Shown here in pieces: positions 21,601-31,356 of a stretch of DNA of 64,000 nucleotides (position 1 is its first letter; each line of letters opens with the position of its first letter). Source of the stretch: a virus. The notes under the pieces are model-generated. The model was not told the DNA's origin. It was given only the letters and a program-made list of their open reading frames with translations, and ran no database searches. Both the position numbers and the translations under genes were made by a program. The stretch spans positions 1-64,000 of the IMG/VR virus record IMGVR_UViG_3300022074_000015; one strand, 5' to 3'.

Positions 21601-21982
21601 TTCAACCACCACAGTTGATGTTCCAGTTGGTAGTTCTCATATAGCGTATGTAAGACATACAGATATTGAGGTAGCAGATGGAGCAGATTTAATCATTGCT
21701 GATGGTGATGAACTTATTCCTGATATTTTAGATATCGCAAGTCCTGCTATCATTGAACCACTTCATAATCCAAGCACTTTAACTGTTGAGAAAAAAATTA
21801 ATGTTCAAAATAGTGGAACTTTAGTTTCATCTACTATAGATACAATTAACTTTAATACAGATCTAAACGTAAGTGTTGCTGGTAACACGGCAACAGTTAA
21901 TTCTACTGCCTCTGGTGGAGGTGGCGGCGGTGGTGGCGGTGTATCTGAAGCACTAGCTATCGCATACGCAATAGCATTATAA
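18647..21982 (+). CDS. Tail fibre protein (1111 aa)
   Basis: 30-aa repeats, GNVT repeats, cupredoxin-like domain, C-terminal ALAIAYAIAL. Confidence 0.8.
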   Translation: MALDRLTQVRGGGIESPLELVGDLSGNNANFVGVITASTFSGTIIGDVVGTASTAGFARTSFFLAGTPDIVVGTINATDITATSFSGNGLNLTSLDASNLASGIVPDNRFPTTLPAVSGANLTNLNASNLSSGILPDAIFPSVLPAISGANLIYLDASDLSSGTIPDARFPATLPAVSGANLTNLDASDLSSGTIPDARFPATLPAVSGANLTNLDASDLASGTLPDARFPATLPAVSGANLTNLDAGNLTGSISNDRLPNPVVKDLTGNVTGNLTGDVSGNVTGNVTGNVSGTAGGLSGTPDITVGAITGSSASFSGNVNVGGVLTYEDVTNVDAIGLVTARSGVNITGGDLAVSNNAVISGILTVGSSSITINGDGNEVKVGTGLTLSHTNGVFVGQVNLHSTGLELGTGNLQSHNVNSSGIITATSFVKSSGTSSQFLKADGSVDSNNYLTSYSETDPIVGAVNGIVKSNGSGTISAATAGTDYLTPSGDGTDLTFNYQQAPHGSTVNISVTVASKTSAHRYQSQGSSLGYVLEGIQSPFLTLTPGRTYRFNLSSSNQSSHPFRFYLEADRTTQYSTNVTTASTYTEITVTDTTPTVLHYQCSLHGYMGNAIYCNSNAVYTPETITGLDGANITGTVTATTFSGSGSSLTSLNASQLSSGTIPDARFPNTLPAISGANLTNLDASDLASGTIPDARFPSVLPAIDGSQLTGIAAQGAAGYWEKTSAGINTITNVGIGITMPATDTLLHLNKSDSAQATIRFTNSSTGTTQGDGAIIGVNASEELKISHLEQKDIILATDNTTRMKVKSDGKIGIGTNFDPTFTLDVQGDINFTGTLLQNGSVFQSGGGGGGGSPLTVKELSSQGGSTNVTVSNVTELQFNNGSGFNVTDEGSGVAFVDLGSTFNPWYVSGSEPLAASGEEPVEIIAGPGIAITTTPVASVGIGTTFSKALTISQDGNAINGIGTAIPFTNADFYYSGTLLIDSTTTVDVPVGSSHIAYVRHTDIEVADGADLIIADGDELIPDILDIASPAIIEPLHNPSTLTVEKKINVQNSGTLVSSTIDTINFNTDLNVSVAGNTATVNSTASGGGGGGGGGVSEALAIAYAIAL
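18920..19390 (+). repeat. Five copies of a 90-bp (30-aa) tandem repeat
   Basis: DASDLSSGTIPDARFPATLPAVSGANLTNL units at 90-bp period (e.g. 19202, 19292). Confidence 0.92.
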
Positions 21983-22024
21983 GAACTAAATAACTTAAGA
22001 TAAAATTATTGGTAGTCACGCAAG

Positions 22025-25000
22025 ATGGCAAAGAAGTTAGTATATAACTACACGTTTACTCCTGGTGCTTCTAACGCTGGTAAGATTGTAATTAAAGGTA
22101 ATTACCCAGCTAAGACCTGGCAATTAGTAACTGATGTTGGAACGGGTGGTTTATATCCTCACATCTTTGTTCGTGATGAATATGCGGCAACCACAGGTGC
22201 CCTGGAGATAATTAGTGGTGGCACTGGTAATTTAACGATTGCTGTTACTGGCACTTCGTTGAATGAGAACACTGGTGTGATGACTATCACAACCACTACC
22301 GCTCATGGATTAAGCACTGGTGCGACGGTCAAGTTCCGTCCGATGTCAGTCACATTTACTTGTGCTAAGGATAATTATTCTACAGACCACACTTATCCTA
22401 GAACAACTGACCCAATTTATGATACAGCAGTGCCTATCACTGTCGTTGATGGTGATACTTTTACTGTTGCTACTGGTCGTTCTATTGGTGGTGCGATTTC
22501 ATCTAACAATGAAATCATCTATAACTTTGCCGATAATGCTAAGGGTGGTTCAACATATTATGATCCGTCTGTAGATGAAACAACATTAACACTTAAATAC
22601 GATACTTCTCACTTAGATCCTTTAGATCAACTTCAAATCTTCATTGACATCCAAGAAGATAAGATTAATTTTTCAGAAACCTTTACTGATCCTGTAAGTA
22701 AGTTAAGAGTTTCAAACCCACAAAACCTTATTGATACTGACTTTGAATATGGTCTACAACCAACTAAGTGGGAAACGGTAGAACTAGTTAACAATATTCC
22801 GTCTTTCTTTGCTGACGCAAGTAATTATTCTATTTCCGATGTAACGTCAGTTACCTCAACTGCTAATAGTGAAAACATCACTGTATCAACACTAGAGGAT
22901 CATGGTCTGACTGTAGGATCTCCAATTGATGTTCAGGGTCTTACTTCAAGAACTGCTGAAGGAAAGTATCTTGTTACAGCAATTATAAGTAACACGCAGT
23001 TTGTTTATAAAGCAAAAGCAGTTCAGGAATCCTCAAAAACAATCAACGGAACTTATACGGTTATAACTCCTGGTGAATTCTATTCTGGTTCAGATATTAA
23101 CATAAAACCAGAAACTGGTATTGAAACTGATGGTGTAACGCCATCTGCTCTAAAAATTAATACTGACTACCATCATGGATTTGAGCGTGGTTCGAGTTTG
23201 TATCTTACAAATACAGTTGGTTCAAGAAGATTAACTATTGAAGACACAACAACAGATACTGCTCCTGATGGAAGACCTTATGTTGATTATGTAGACACTC
23301 TATCAACAACTTTGACAGTTGATTCCTCTTTGACTGAAACTAGACAAATGACAGGAACTTATGCGCATAAGTTTGTGTCTAGTGATGTTAACATTGCCAA
23401 TAATACAATTTTTTGGAATAATCATAAGCTTCAAGCAGGTGATGTTCTCCTTTATTCTGCTCCCTCTTCAGGAACTGCTATTGGTGGTCTCAATAATTTT
23501 GATATCTATTATGTAAAGTCAACACCAACCACAAACACCGTCACTTTATGTGAAGTTAGCGGCGGCAACTATACTGGTAATGCTACCATTAACTTCAATA
23601 GTGCTGGTGATACAACTTACGGCAGGCATGAATTAGTTCTAGGATACGAACTATATTATGCTAATAAGCAATATAGAAGTTATTATATTAATTATCGGAC
23701 CAGAGCTTATGGTTATGGATCTGGTTCTGGTCGTGACATGAATACACGCTCTACAGATTCTAGCGGAAATAGTGGTTATTGGGGTCTTGGTGGTGAGAAA
23801 CCAGAAAGATTCTTATTCGCATCTAAGAGTGGATATATTAGTTCTACTTACGTAAATGCATCATATTATGGAACAAGTAGAAATGGTAACTTCCAATTTG
23901 GAAGTCCCAATCTCGGATATAATTTCTTAGAAGACTTTGAACGATTTAACTCTACAAGTTCTTATGAGAGATATTGTACTGGAAATGGCAGCTCTTACAA
24001 TAGTAATTTTAGTTTCCAACAAAGATATTTCCAAGGATATTTTACTGGTAGCACATACTACTGGGGATCTTATGCAACTTCGTTCTCTCTTGGAACTACT
24101 TTCTATTTCCCACTAAAAACAGATCCTGAAGCAGATAGTCTATACATACCCAATCATGGAGTACAAACTGGTTCATCGGGAACATTGACAACCACGTCTG
24201 GTTCTAATATTGTTCGTAGAACTGATACAAGTAAAGCATATAATGTAACTCCAACAACTACTAGCTTTACTGGAGGAACAACAACACTCACCAGAGTTTC
24301 AACTAACAGAATTAGATTGAATGATGCCTCAAGACTTCATACAGTTGCTGGTGAATATCAAATTGCCGCTAACGTTACCAATCCAACTAAGAATAGTTTC
24401 TACTTTGATTCTCATGAATTATTTAATAATCAAGAAGTAACTATTAGTAGTAGCACGGGTTCTGTCCCTACATCGAGTAGTGGTCCTGTTGCTTTATCTG
24501 ATAGTCTTTTACAACCAATTTATGATGCTGTCAAGACTGCCATGGATAGTATTAAAACTGTCATGGGATCTGATTCTGGAAGAATATTATTTAATGGAAG
24601 TTCTCATTATTATCCAATTAGAAGTAGCAGTAATTACTTTGATAATGCTTATCAGTATTTTATCTGGTACATGCAATATATGAGAGTTAATGGACCTGCT
24701 AGTGTTAGAAGCTCATACTTTGGAAGCACTAATTTTGCTACAGGAACCCCATGGGATCCATTTGCTTCAACTTCACTCGCTGGAAAGGGTTATTATCATA
24801 TATGTACACCGTATATAAGTAATTCATATACTCCATATCATATTAATATGTGGCAGATTCCTAATCCACAGGATGAAGGTGCTACCACAACTCAGATGTA
24901 TGTTGATAGTAGATTTGCTTACCACTATGCTAGAAATGGTCAACCAGGATATGAGAATAATAATTATAGTAACTGGATAAACCTCTCTGATGGTTGGCAA

Positions 25001-28000
25001 TATACTTATGAAACAAACTATTTTTCCCCTACTAGTTCTTATCATGGATATCTGCACATGTATATCATCCTGAGCAATACAGGATGGGATGGGCATCAAG
25101 CTTCATGGTCAACTAATCTTTATTATCCAAGCAGTCGTTACTTATATGCTTATACTACTGGATATGGCGGAACAAGATATGCCATTGAAGTTATACTTCC
25201 TATTAAAGGTTCGGCAAGTAGCAGTGGGTATGGTGTTAATGGATCGGTTATAAACAATGCTACTGTGGCATCTACCATAGTAAATCAAATCAAGAATGAC
25301 TTAACAAATCCAGCTCTGGCTCCTAATTCAATCGTCCGTGTTAATCCAATTAACAATAATAGATTTTCTATTAAGACTCCTGGTGAAGTTGAATATGATT
25401 TAACTAGCTCTGGAACGGCACCAATCGCATTCCAAACTGGTGAAATTACTGGTGGTTTAGATGGGTACTTTACAATTGATGCTAAAGATGCCACTTCATT
25501 AACTCATTTTTCCTCTTCTGAGATTCCCAAGAGAACTCTAGATCTCACTGATACAAACATAGTTGATATTGGTGGTATCGTCTACATTAATAAAGGAAAC
25601 TTCAAAATGAAGAATCAGCAGAAGTTTGAATACACTGCTTCTTCTGGTACAATCCCTGGACTAACATCTGGTCAAACATACTATACTGTTTCTAACGGTC
25701 CAGATCACTTTAGAGTTGCGGCATCTGCTGCAGATGCTGAATCTGGATCTGTCATTTCAATTGGAACGACCACATCTGGTAGCTTTACTTTTACTGTTCC
25801 ATCTATCTCTGGTATTTCTTCTGCGACTGGAACTATTGGCATCACATCAGATTCAAAAACTATTACCGGAACTAATACACTCTTTAAGAGATTCTTTAGA
25901 ACAGGTGACAATTTTAGAATAAAAGATGAGCAAACACCTCCAGCATATAGAGATTTTGAAATTGCTTCGGTTATTGATGACACTGAACTAACAATTACCG
26001 AGACACCTGGTATTGAAGTTATTGATGGAAATTACTACGTAGAGACGAAAATTAACACAAGACCTGACGGTACATTTATTCATAGACCATTTGATGGTGG
26101 TGTAGAGATTACTGCTGGTACTTCACCTAACAGTTCTATTGTTAGACAGACTCGTAAGTATTTCCGTTATCAGTCTGGTAAAGGTATTCAGTGTTCTGTT
26201 GCTATTAACTTTAATCCATCACGTATTATCAATAACATTGTTGGAACTGGTAATACTGAATTAAGTGTTAAAACTTTTATTGTTAATGTTAATAACAATG
26301 AGTTAACTTCATATAATATTTCAGGTAATGATAGAGATGGTAGAATCCTTGGAGAAAACAGTGATATTTCAATCACTAAAGGTGATACTCTTAATTTGAT
26401 TGTTAATGCTCCATCTCATCCTCTTTGGATTAAAACAGATCAATCTGTAGGAATGGGAAATAGCGTTACTACAGGCATAACAAATAATGGAGCTGATCTT
26501 TCTACCATAGTATGGGATACAAGCAGTGTTACACCTGGAACATATTATTATAATTGTCAGAATCATGAGACAATGAGAGGATCTATTCTTGTTGAGACTG
26601 CGGGTATTACAACTTCCATTGCTAAAGCAACCACTTCATATCCTCATGGTTTAACGAGAAGGAATAGTGTTACTATTAGAGGTTCTAGTGATGCTGCTTA
26701 TAATGGCACACATCAAGTTCGAGCATCTGATGATTTCACTTTTGAATATTTCGTAGATGGAGAGAATGATTCTGTCCCTAATGGTGTTATAGAATATAAT
26801 ATTGATGCTTGGAGTAATAGTGCTGTTCGCACAGGTCTATTTGACTATCAGAATGGAATGTTCTTTGAGTTTGATGGAACTACTTTATATGCTGTTAGAA
26901 GATCCTCGGTGCAGCAGTTAAGTGGTACTGTTTCTGTTCAACCTAATAGTAATATTGTTACTGGTGCGGATACTAATTTATCGGGTCAATTATCAATAGG
27001 TGATTTTGTAGTAATCAGAGGATCTAGTTATAGAGTAACAAATGTTCCAGACAAGACTACGATTCACATTCAACCTGCTTATAAAGGTGTAGCATCTTCT
27101 GGTGTTATTGTCACTAAGACTATTGATGTAAGAGTTCCACAAAATAATTGGAACATCGATAAGGCGGACGGATCGGGACCTTCTGGATTTGTCTTGGATA
27201 TAACTAAGATTCAGATGGCATATATTGACTACTCTTGGTATGGTGCTGGTAAGATTCGCTTCGGATTTAAGGATGCTAAAGGTCATGTCAAGTACATGCA
27301 TGAGTTCCTTCATAATAATGTTCTTGAAGAAGCATACATGAGATCTGGTAATATGCCAGGTCGATATGAAATTGAAAATACATCTGACGTTCTTCCATCG
27401 TTTGTGCCATCATTGTTCCACTGGGGAACTTCTGTTATCATGGACGGTAAGTTTGATGATGACAAAGCATATCTGTTCAGTGCTTCATCAAATTCACTTT
27501 CGTTTACAAACGGTGACTCCAACTCAGTAAACGCAAGCAGTGGTTCTTCATTGATAAGAAATTATGATTATGGTTTGAGACAATATAAGTGGTATACTAG
27601 AATTCCATTCGCAAGTGCTAACGCTAATAAGTTCTCTTCAGGAACTCCACTTTATACTGATGATGGTGGATTGAATGGTGAACTGGTTGATTATCTGAGT
27701 TATTCTGGTAATACAGTTTATGTTCATATCTTTGTTGGAACCTCCAGATATTATTATCAAACACCAGCTTCCTATCCAACAGTTTCTAGTGCGGAAGAGG
27801 TATTCATTGGTGCTCCATCATCTGGTGGAGATTTGGTAAATCTTCAGGAAGAAGTCCCTCTTATCTCTATCCGTCTAGCACCTTCCGTTGATAATAACCT
27901 AACAGGTTCTCTTGGACAAAGAGAAATCATTAACCGAATGCAGTTACAGTTGAAGCAGTTGGGTATTACTTTATCTCATGACTGTACGGTTGATCTGATT

Positions 28001-28351
28001 CTTAATGGTGCTATCAGTAATAGAAATTTTGTTAACGCAACTACACCATCTCTTTCAGAACTCGTTACACACGTTACTGGGGATAAAGTTATTGGAGGCA
28101 CAAAGATCTTTTCCTTAAGAGCATCTGGTGGTTCTGAGAACGCGGCAGGTAAGAGATTATCTGCTACTAATGACTTTGACATCTCACAGATCACTGACTT
28201 AGGTAATTCAATTCTTGGTGGTGATGGAACATTCCCCAATGGTCCTGACTTATTAACGATTGCGATTCGCCCTATTGACACTGCTGAAATTAACGCTACT
28301 TCTCCTCTGGCAGTCTCTGCCAGGGTTACTTGGACCGAATCTCAGGCATAA
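22025..28351 (+). CDS. Very large virion structural protein (2108 aa)
   Basis: DPVSKLRVSNPQNLIDTDFEYG motif, Tyr-rich central domains, cupredoxin-like insert; late promoter upstream. Confidence 0.75.
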   Translation: MAKKLVYNYTFTPGASNAGKIVIKGNYPAKTWQLVTDVGTGGLYPHIFVRDEYAATTGALEIISGGTGNLTIAVTGTSLNENTGVMTITTTTAHGLSTGATVKFRPMSVTFTCAKDNYSTDHTYPRTTDPIYDTAVPITVVDGDTFTVATGRSIGGAISSNNEIIYNFADNAKGGSTYYDPSVDETTLTLKYDTSHLDPLDQLQIFIDIQEDKINFSETFTDPVSKLRVSNPQNLIDTDFEYGLQPTKWETVELVNNIPSFFADASNYSISDVTSVTSTANSENITVSTLEDHGLTVGSPIDVQGLTSRTAEGKYLVTAIISNTQFVYKAKAVQESSKTINGTYTVITPGEFYSGSDINIKPETGIETDGVTPSALKINTDYHHGFERGSSLYLTNTVGSRRLTIEDTTTDTAPDGRPYVDYVDTLSTTLTVDSSLTETRQMTGTYAHKFVSSDVNIANNTIFWNNHKLQAGDVLLYSAPSSGTAIGGLNNFDIYYVKSTPTTNTVTLCEVSGGNYTGNATINFNSAGDTTYGRHELVLGYELYYANKQYRSYYINYRTRAYGYGSGSGRDMNTRSTDSSGNSGYWGLGGEKPERFLFASKSGYISSTYVNASYYGTSRNGNFQFGSPNLGYNFLEDFERFNSTSSYERYCTGNGSSYNSNFSFQQRYFQGYFTGSTYYWGSYATSFSLGTTFYFPLKTDPEADSLYIPNHGVQTGSSGTLTTTSGSNIVRRTDTSKAYNVTPTTTSFTGGTTTLTRVSTNRIRLNDASRLHTVAGEYQIAANVTNPTKNSFYFDSHELFNNQEVTISSSTGSVPTSSSGPVALSDSLLQPIYDAVKTAMDSIKTVMGSDSGRILFNGSSHYYPIRSSSNYFDNAYQYFIWYMQYMRVNGPASVRSSYFGSTNFATGTPWDPFASTSLAGKGYYHICTPYISNSYTPYHINMWQIPNPQDEGATTTQMYVDSRFAYHYARNGQPGYENNNYSNWINLSDGWQYTYETNYFSPTSSYHGYLHMYIILSNTGWDGHQASWSTNLYYPSSRYLYAYTTGYGGTRYAIEVILPIKGSASSSGYGVNGSVINNATVASTIVNQIKNDLTNPALAPNSIVRVNPINNNRFSIKTPGEVEYDLTSSGTAPIAFQTGEITGGLDGYFTIDAKDATSLTHFSSSEIPKRTLDLTDTNIVDIGGIVYINKGNFKMKNQQKFEYTASSGTIPGLTSGQTYYTVSNGPDHFRVAASAADAESGSVISIGTTTSGSFTFTVPSISGISSATGTIGITSDSKTITGTNTLFKRFFRTGDNFRIKDEQTPPAYRDFEIASVIDDTELTITETPGIEVIDGNYYVETKINTRPDGTFIHRPFDGGVEITAGTSPNSSIVRQTRKYFRYQSGKGIQCSVAINFNPSRIINNIVGTGNTELSVKTFIVNVNNNELTSYNISGNDRDGRILGENSDISITKGDTLNLIVNAPSHPLWIKTDQSVGMGNSVTTGITNNGADLSTIVWDTSSVTPGTYYYNCQNHETMRGSILVETAGITTSIAKATTSYPHGLTRRNSVTIRGSSDAAYNGTHQVRASDDFTFEYFVDGENDSVPNGVIEYNIDAWSNSAVRTGLFDYQNGMFFEFDGTTLYAVRRSSVQQLSGTVSVQPNSNIVTGADTNLSGQLSIGDFVVIRGSSYRVTNVPDKTTIHIQPAYKGVASSGVIVTKTIDVRVPQNNWNIDKADGSGPSGFVLDITKIQMAYIDYSWYGAGKIRFGFKDAKGHVKYMHEFLHNNVLEEAYMRSGNMPGRYEIENTSDVLPSFVPSLFHWGTSVIMDGKFDDDKAYLFSASSNSLSFTNGDSNSVNASSGSSLIRNYDYGLRQYKWYTRIPFASANANKFSSGTPLYTDDGGLNGELVDYLSYSGNTVYVHIFVGTSRYYYQTPASYPTVSSAEEVFIGAPSSGGDLVNLQEEVPLISIRLAPSVDNNLTGSLGQREIINRMQLQLKQLGITLSHDCTVDLILNGAISNRNFVNATTPSLSELVTHVTGDKVIGGTKIFSLRASGGSENAAGKRLSATNDFDISQITDLGNSILGGDGTFPNGPDLLTIAIRPIDTAEINATSPLAVSARVTWTESQA

Positions 28352-28374
28352 ATAAGTAAAAACGTGATAAAATA

Positions 28375-29124
28375 ATGTCAAAAGTAAGGGCAGACAATTT
28401 TACCGACAGATCTGGAGGTGGAGCACCAAATTTTCCTTTTGGACTGCAAACTGTTGGCATTTTAACAGCCACTGGGTTTAGTGGAAACTTAATTGGTGAT
28501 GCTGGGGGACTAACTGGCACTCCAAACATTTTTGTTGGATCAATTAATGCCACTGATGGAACCTTCAGTAATAATGTTTCAATTGGCGGCACTTTAACTT
28601 ATGAAGATGTAACTAATATAGATTCTGTTGGTATTGTAACCGCAAGACATGGAGCAGTATTGGGTGTAACTGCGGATCCTACTAAAAGAAATAAGTTAAG
28701 AGAAACTTATTTTGATAGTAGTGGTTCCCATGGATCGTTTTTGAAGCAGTCAACTTACTTAACTACAAGTGCTGCCTCTGGTAATGTAATTCTTAATTTA
28801 GAAGATGGAAATGTTTTTTATTATGGTTCAACCAGTAATGCTAACAGTGCATTCTCTATTAACTTTAGATATGATGGCACTACCGCACTATCAACTCAAA
28901 CAAACACTGGTGATGTAGTTACTGTCACCATATTCTGGTGCTCAACTGGAACGTCATCTTACATTAATGCTGTAGATATTGATGGTGTAACGCAAACTGT
29001 GAATTGGGTTGGTGGTTCTGCTCCGTCCGATGGTTCAGGTAGTAATAAATTTGATATTTACACTTTCACAATTTTTGATACGGGAAGTGGTTATTCTGTC
29101 TTTGGCAATCAAACAAAATGTTGA
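28375..29124 (+). CDS. Short fibre/adaptor, type A C-terminal domain
   Basis: MSKVRA..FP N-terminus, LTYEDVTN block, WVGGSAPSDG...DIYTFTI C-terminus; paralogue of 30769. Confidence 0.7.
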   Translation: MSKVRADNFTDRSGGGAPNFPFGLQTVGILTATGFSGNLIGDAGGLTGTPNIFVGSINATDGTFSNNVSIGGTLTYEDVTNIDSVGIVTARHGAVLGVTADPTKRNKLRETYFDSSGSHGSFLKQSTYLTTSAASGNVILNLEDGNVFYYGSTSNANSAFSINFRYDGTTALSTQTNTGDVVTVTIFWCSTGTSSYINAVDIDGVTQTVNWVGGSAPSDGSGSNKFDIYTFTIFDTGSGYSVFGNQTKC

Positions 29125-29127
29125 TTT

Positions 29128-30291
29128 ATGATATATCCTAATTACGTAAAGCAAAGTCCTGTTCTTGGTTTAACAAGTGGTGCTGGTAGTGGTGGAGGTC
29201 TAAGTTATTTTACACATTCTGGTGGTGGTGGTGATTCTCTTTATGACTTTAGTTCTTTCTCATTTACAACATCTGGTTTAACTGGAAGAACTGGACCTAA
29301 CTTGAGCCAATTAAGAACTGCATATGATACTTCAACTTATAGTTGGTTAACTGATACTTCGTTTTTTGATGTAGATAGTAGTGCTCAAGGAGTGCAAATG
29401 TGGACTGTGCCTGTAGATGGTACTTATAGAATTCAAGTTGCCGGTGCTTCTGGTGGATATAGTTATGATACCACAAAACAGAATAGGGTTGGAAAAGGAG
29501 CTATTGTAAGAGGTGATTTTTTACTCACTCAAGGGACAATTTTAAGAATAGTTGTTGGTCAAAAAGGTCGTCCAGTCTCAACATCAAATCCCGATGGACC
29601 TCTCACTGGAGAGTCATATAACTCTGGTGGTGGAGGTGGTTCTTTTGTATTTTTCACACTTTCAGATACTGAACCCTTAATAGTTGCTGGTGGAGGTGGA
29701 GGTGGATCATATGATGGATCAGATAGTTATGCTCCTCATGCTTCAATAGACCTAACAGGAAATCCAGGCACTGGTGTAAATAATGATGGTTTTAGCTTGT
29801 ATAGTGGTCTACTTAGTGGTCAGAATTTAGGATATGGTGGCATCAATAACATCTCAAATAACCATAAAGCAGGTGGTGGTGCTGGATGGAAAGGAAATGG
29901 TTTAGGAGGTCATACTAATTGTACCGTGCAATCTCCTTATCATGTTCAAGGAGGATGGTCTAAATCAAAATCTACAGATTCCAGTGGTTCGACAACTAAT
30001 GGTGGAGCATTTGTAGGAGGATGGGGAGGAAATAATCAAGCAGGTGGTGGTTCTCAGCAAGGTGGATTTGGTGGTGGGGGTGGAGGAACTGGTAGATGTG
30101 GTAGTTGTCAGGCAGGTGGAGGAGGTGGATATACTGGCGGTGGAATGGCGTCCAGTAGTAATAGTTCACCTACCAAGGAGGCGTTAGCTGGTGGTGGAAA
30201 TTATATTATTTCTTCAGCATCTAATAGAACACATATCGGACTTTCATCCGCAGGTGCTGATGGTTACGTCAATATAACTAAGTTATCCTAA
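29128..30291 (+). CDS. Glycine-rich (polyglycine-II type) adhesin-like protein
   Basis: GVQMWTVP..YRIQVAGASGG, GGFGGGGG..CGSC..GGGGGYTGG; body highly similar to 33140..34252. Confidence 0.75.
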   Translation: MIYPNYVKQSPVLGLTSGAGSGGGLSYFTHSGGGGDSLYDFSSFSFTTSGLTGRTGPNLSQLRTAYDTSTYSWLTDTSFFDVDSSAQGVQMWTVPVDGTYRIQVAGASGGYSYDTTKQNRVGKGAIVRGDFLLTQGTILRIVVGQKGRPVSTSNPDGPLTGESYNSGGGGGSFVFFTLSDTEPLIVAGGGGGGSYDGSDSYAPHASIDLTGNPGTGVNNDGFSLYSGLLSGQNLGYGGINNISNNHKAGGGAGWKGNGLGGHTNCTVQSPYHVQGGWSKSKSTDSSGSTTNGGAFVGGWGGNNQAGGGSQQGGFGGGGGGTGRCGSCQAGGGGGYTGGGMASSSNSSPTKEALAGGGNYIISSASNRTHIGLSSAGADGYVNITKLS

Positions 30292-30322
30292 TCCCCTGAT
30301 AAATAATTAAAAAAGTAATACA

Positions 30323-30733
30323 ATGTCTAAGGTTAGGGCAGAACAATTTACTAATAAAGCAGGTAACAATGGTCCAAACTTTCCGTTTGGTCTAAGTGGT
30401 ATTGGTATTCATTCTGCTGGAACCACAGTTCATACTGGTATTATTACAGCATTAAATTTTGTTGGTGCCGGTAACACTTTTTCTGTAACTGGTAGTAGAG
30501 TAGATATTAGTATTGCTGGTGGAGGAGGGGGTTTAGGTGAAAGTGCTGTTTCTGGAACTGATGACTTAATTGTATCTGTAAGCAACCAGGCAGAAATAAC
30601 TTCAAATGTAGTTTTAGAATCAACTGAAGATGACACCTTTATGACAAAAAGAAGAGCATTAGTTATTTCTTCAGGTGGTAGTATTGATGTTGGTAGTGGT
30701 GAAGTTATGATTATCAACCCATTTGATATCTAA
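30323..30733 (+). CDS. Short fibre connector protein
   Basis: N-terminus shared with 28375; C-terminal ISSGGSIDVGSGEVMII. Confidence 0.65.
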   Translation: MSKVRAEQFTNKAGNNGPNFPFGLSGIGIHSAGTTVHTGIITALNFVGAGNTFSVTGSRVDISIAGGGGGLGESAVSGTDDLIVSVSNQAEITSNVVLESTEDDTFMTKRRALVISSGGSIDVGSGEVMIINPFDI

Positions 30734-30768
30734 ACATATAAATACAAATAAATTGATCCAAGTAAGTA

Positions 30769-31344
30769 ATGTCCATACTTAGAGTAGATAGTATTCGTGA
30801 TAGAGCAGGAACTGGTGCTCCAGATTTTCCTAATGGTCTTACAGTCACTGGTAATGTTGATATTGGTGGTGTTCTTACTTATGAAGATGTAACTAATATA
30901 GATTCTGTCGGTATTGTTACTGCAAGGGGTGGATTAGTCACCCAAAAAATGTTGAAAGAAGAAGTTAATGTAACTGCTGGTAAGTTAAGTGATAATACAA
31001 ACATCTATCTTGAGAATGGATGCGTTCATATTTTCACATCGGCGGAATCAACAACATCTACTCCAGCCATTAAATATAATGGATCTACAGATCTTAAAGA
31101 TAAGATGTCTGTGGGTGAATCAGTGGTAGTAACTCTTATCACTACAGCAAATGCATCAGCGTATTCGGCAAATATTACTATTGATGGTGATGCAGTAACA
31201 GAGAATTGGATAGGTGGTAGTGCTCCAAGTGATGGAGGAGGTTCTGGTGTAGATATTCATTCATTTACAATCATTAAAGTTGCATCATCTGGTACAACTG
31301 ATCAACAATTAACCGTCATTGCAAATCACAGCAAGACTTCTTGA
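30769..31344 (+). CDS. Short fibre/adaptor, type A C-terminal domain
   Basis: WIGGSAPSDG...DIHSFTI; paralogue of 28375. Confidence 0.7.
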   Translation: MSILRVDSIRDRAGTGAPDFPNGLTVTGNVDIGGVLTYEDVTNIDSVGIVTARGGLVTQKMLKEEVNVTAGKLSDNTNIYLENGCVHIFTSAESTTSTPAIKYNGSTDLKDKMSVGESVVVTLITTANASAYSANITIDGDAVTENWIGGSAPSDGGGSGVDIHSFTIIKVASSGTTDQQLTVIANHSKTS

Positions 31345-31356
31345 GGAAGAGTACAG

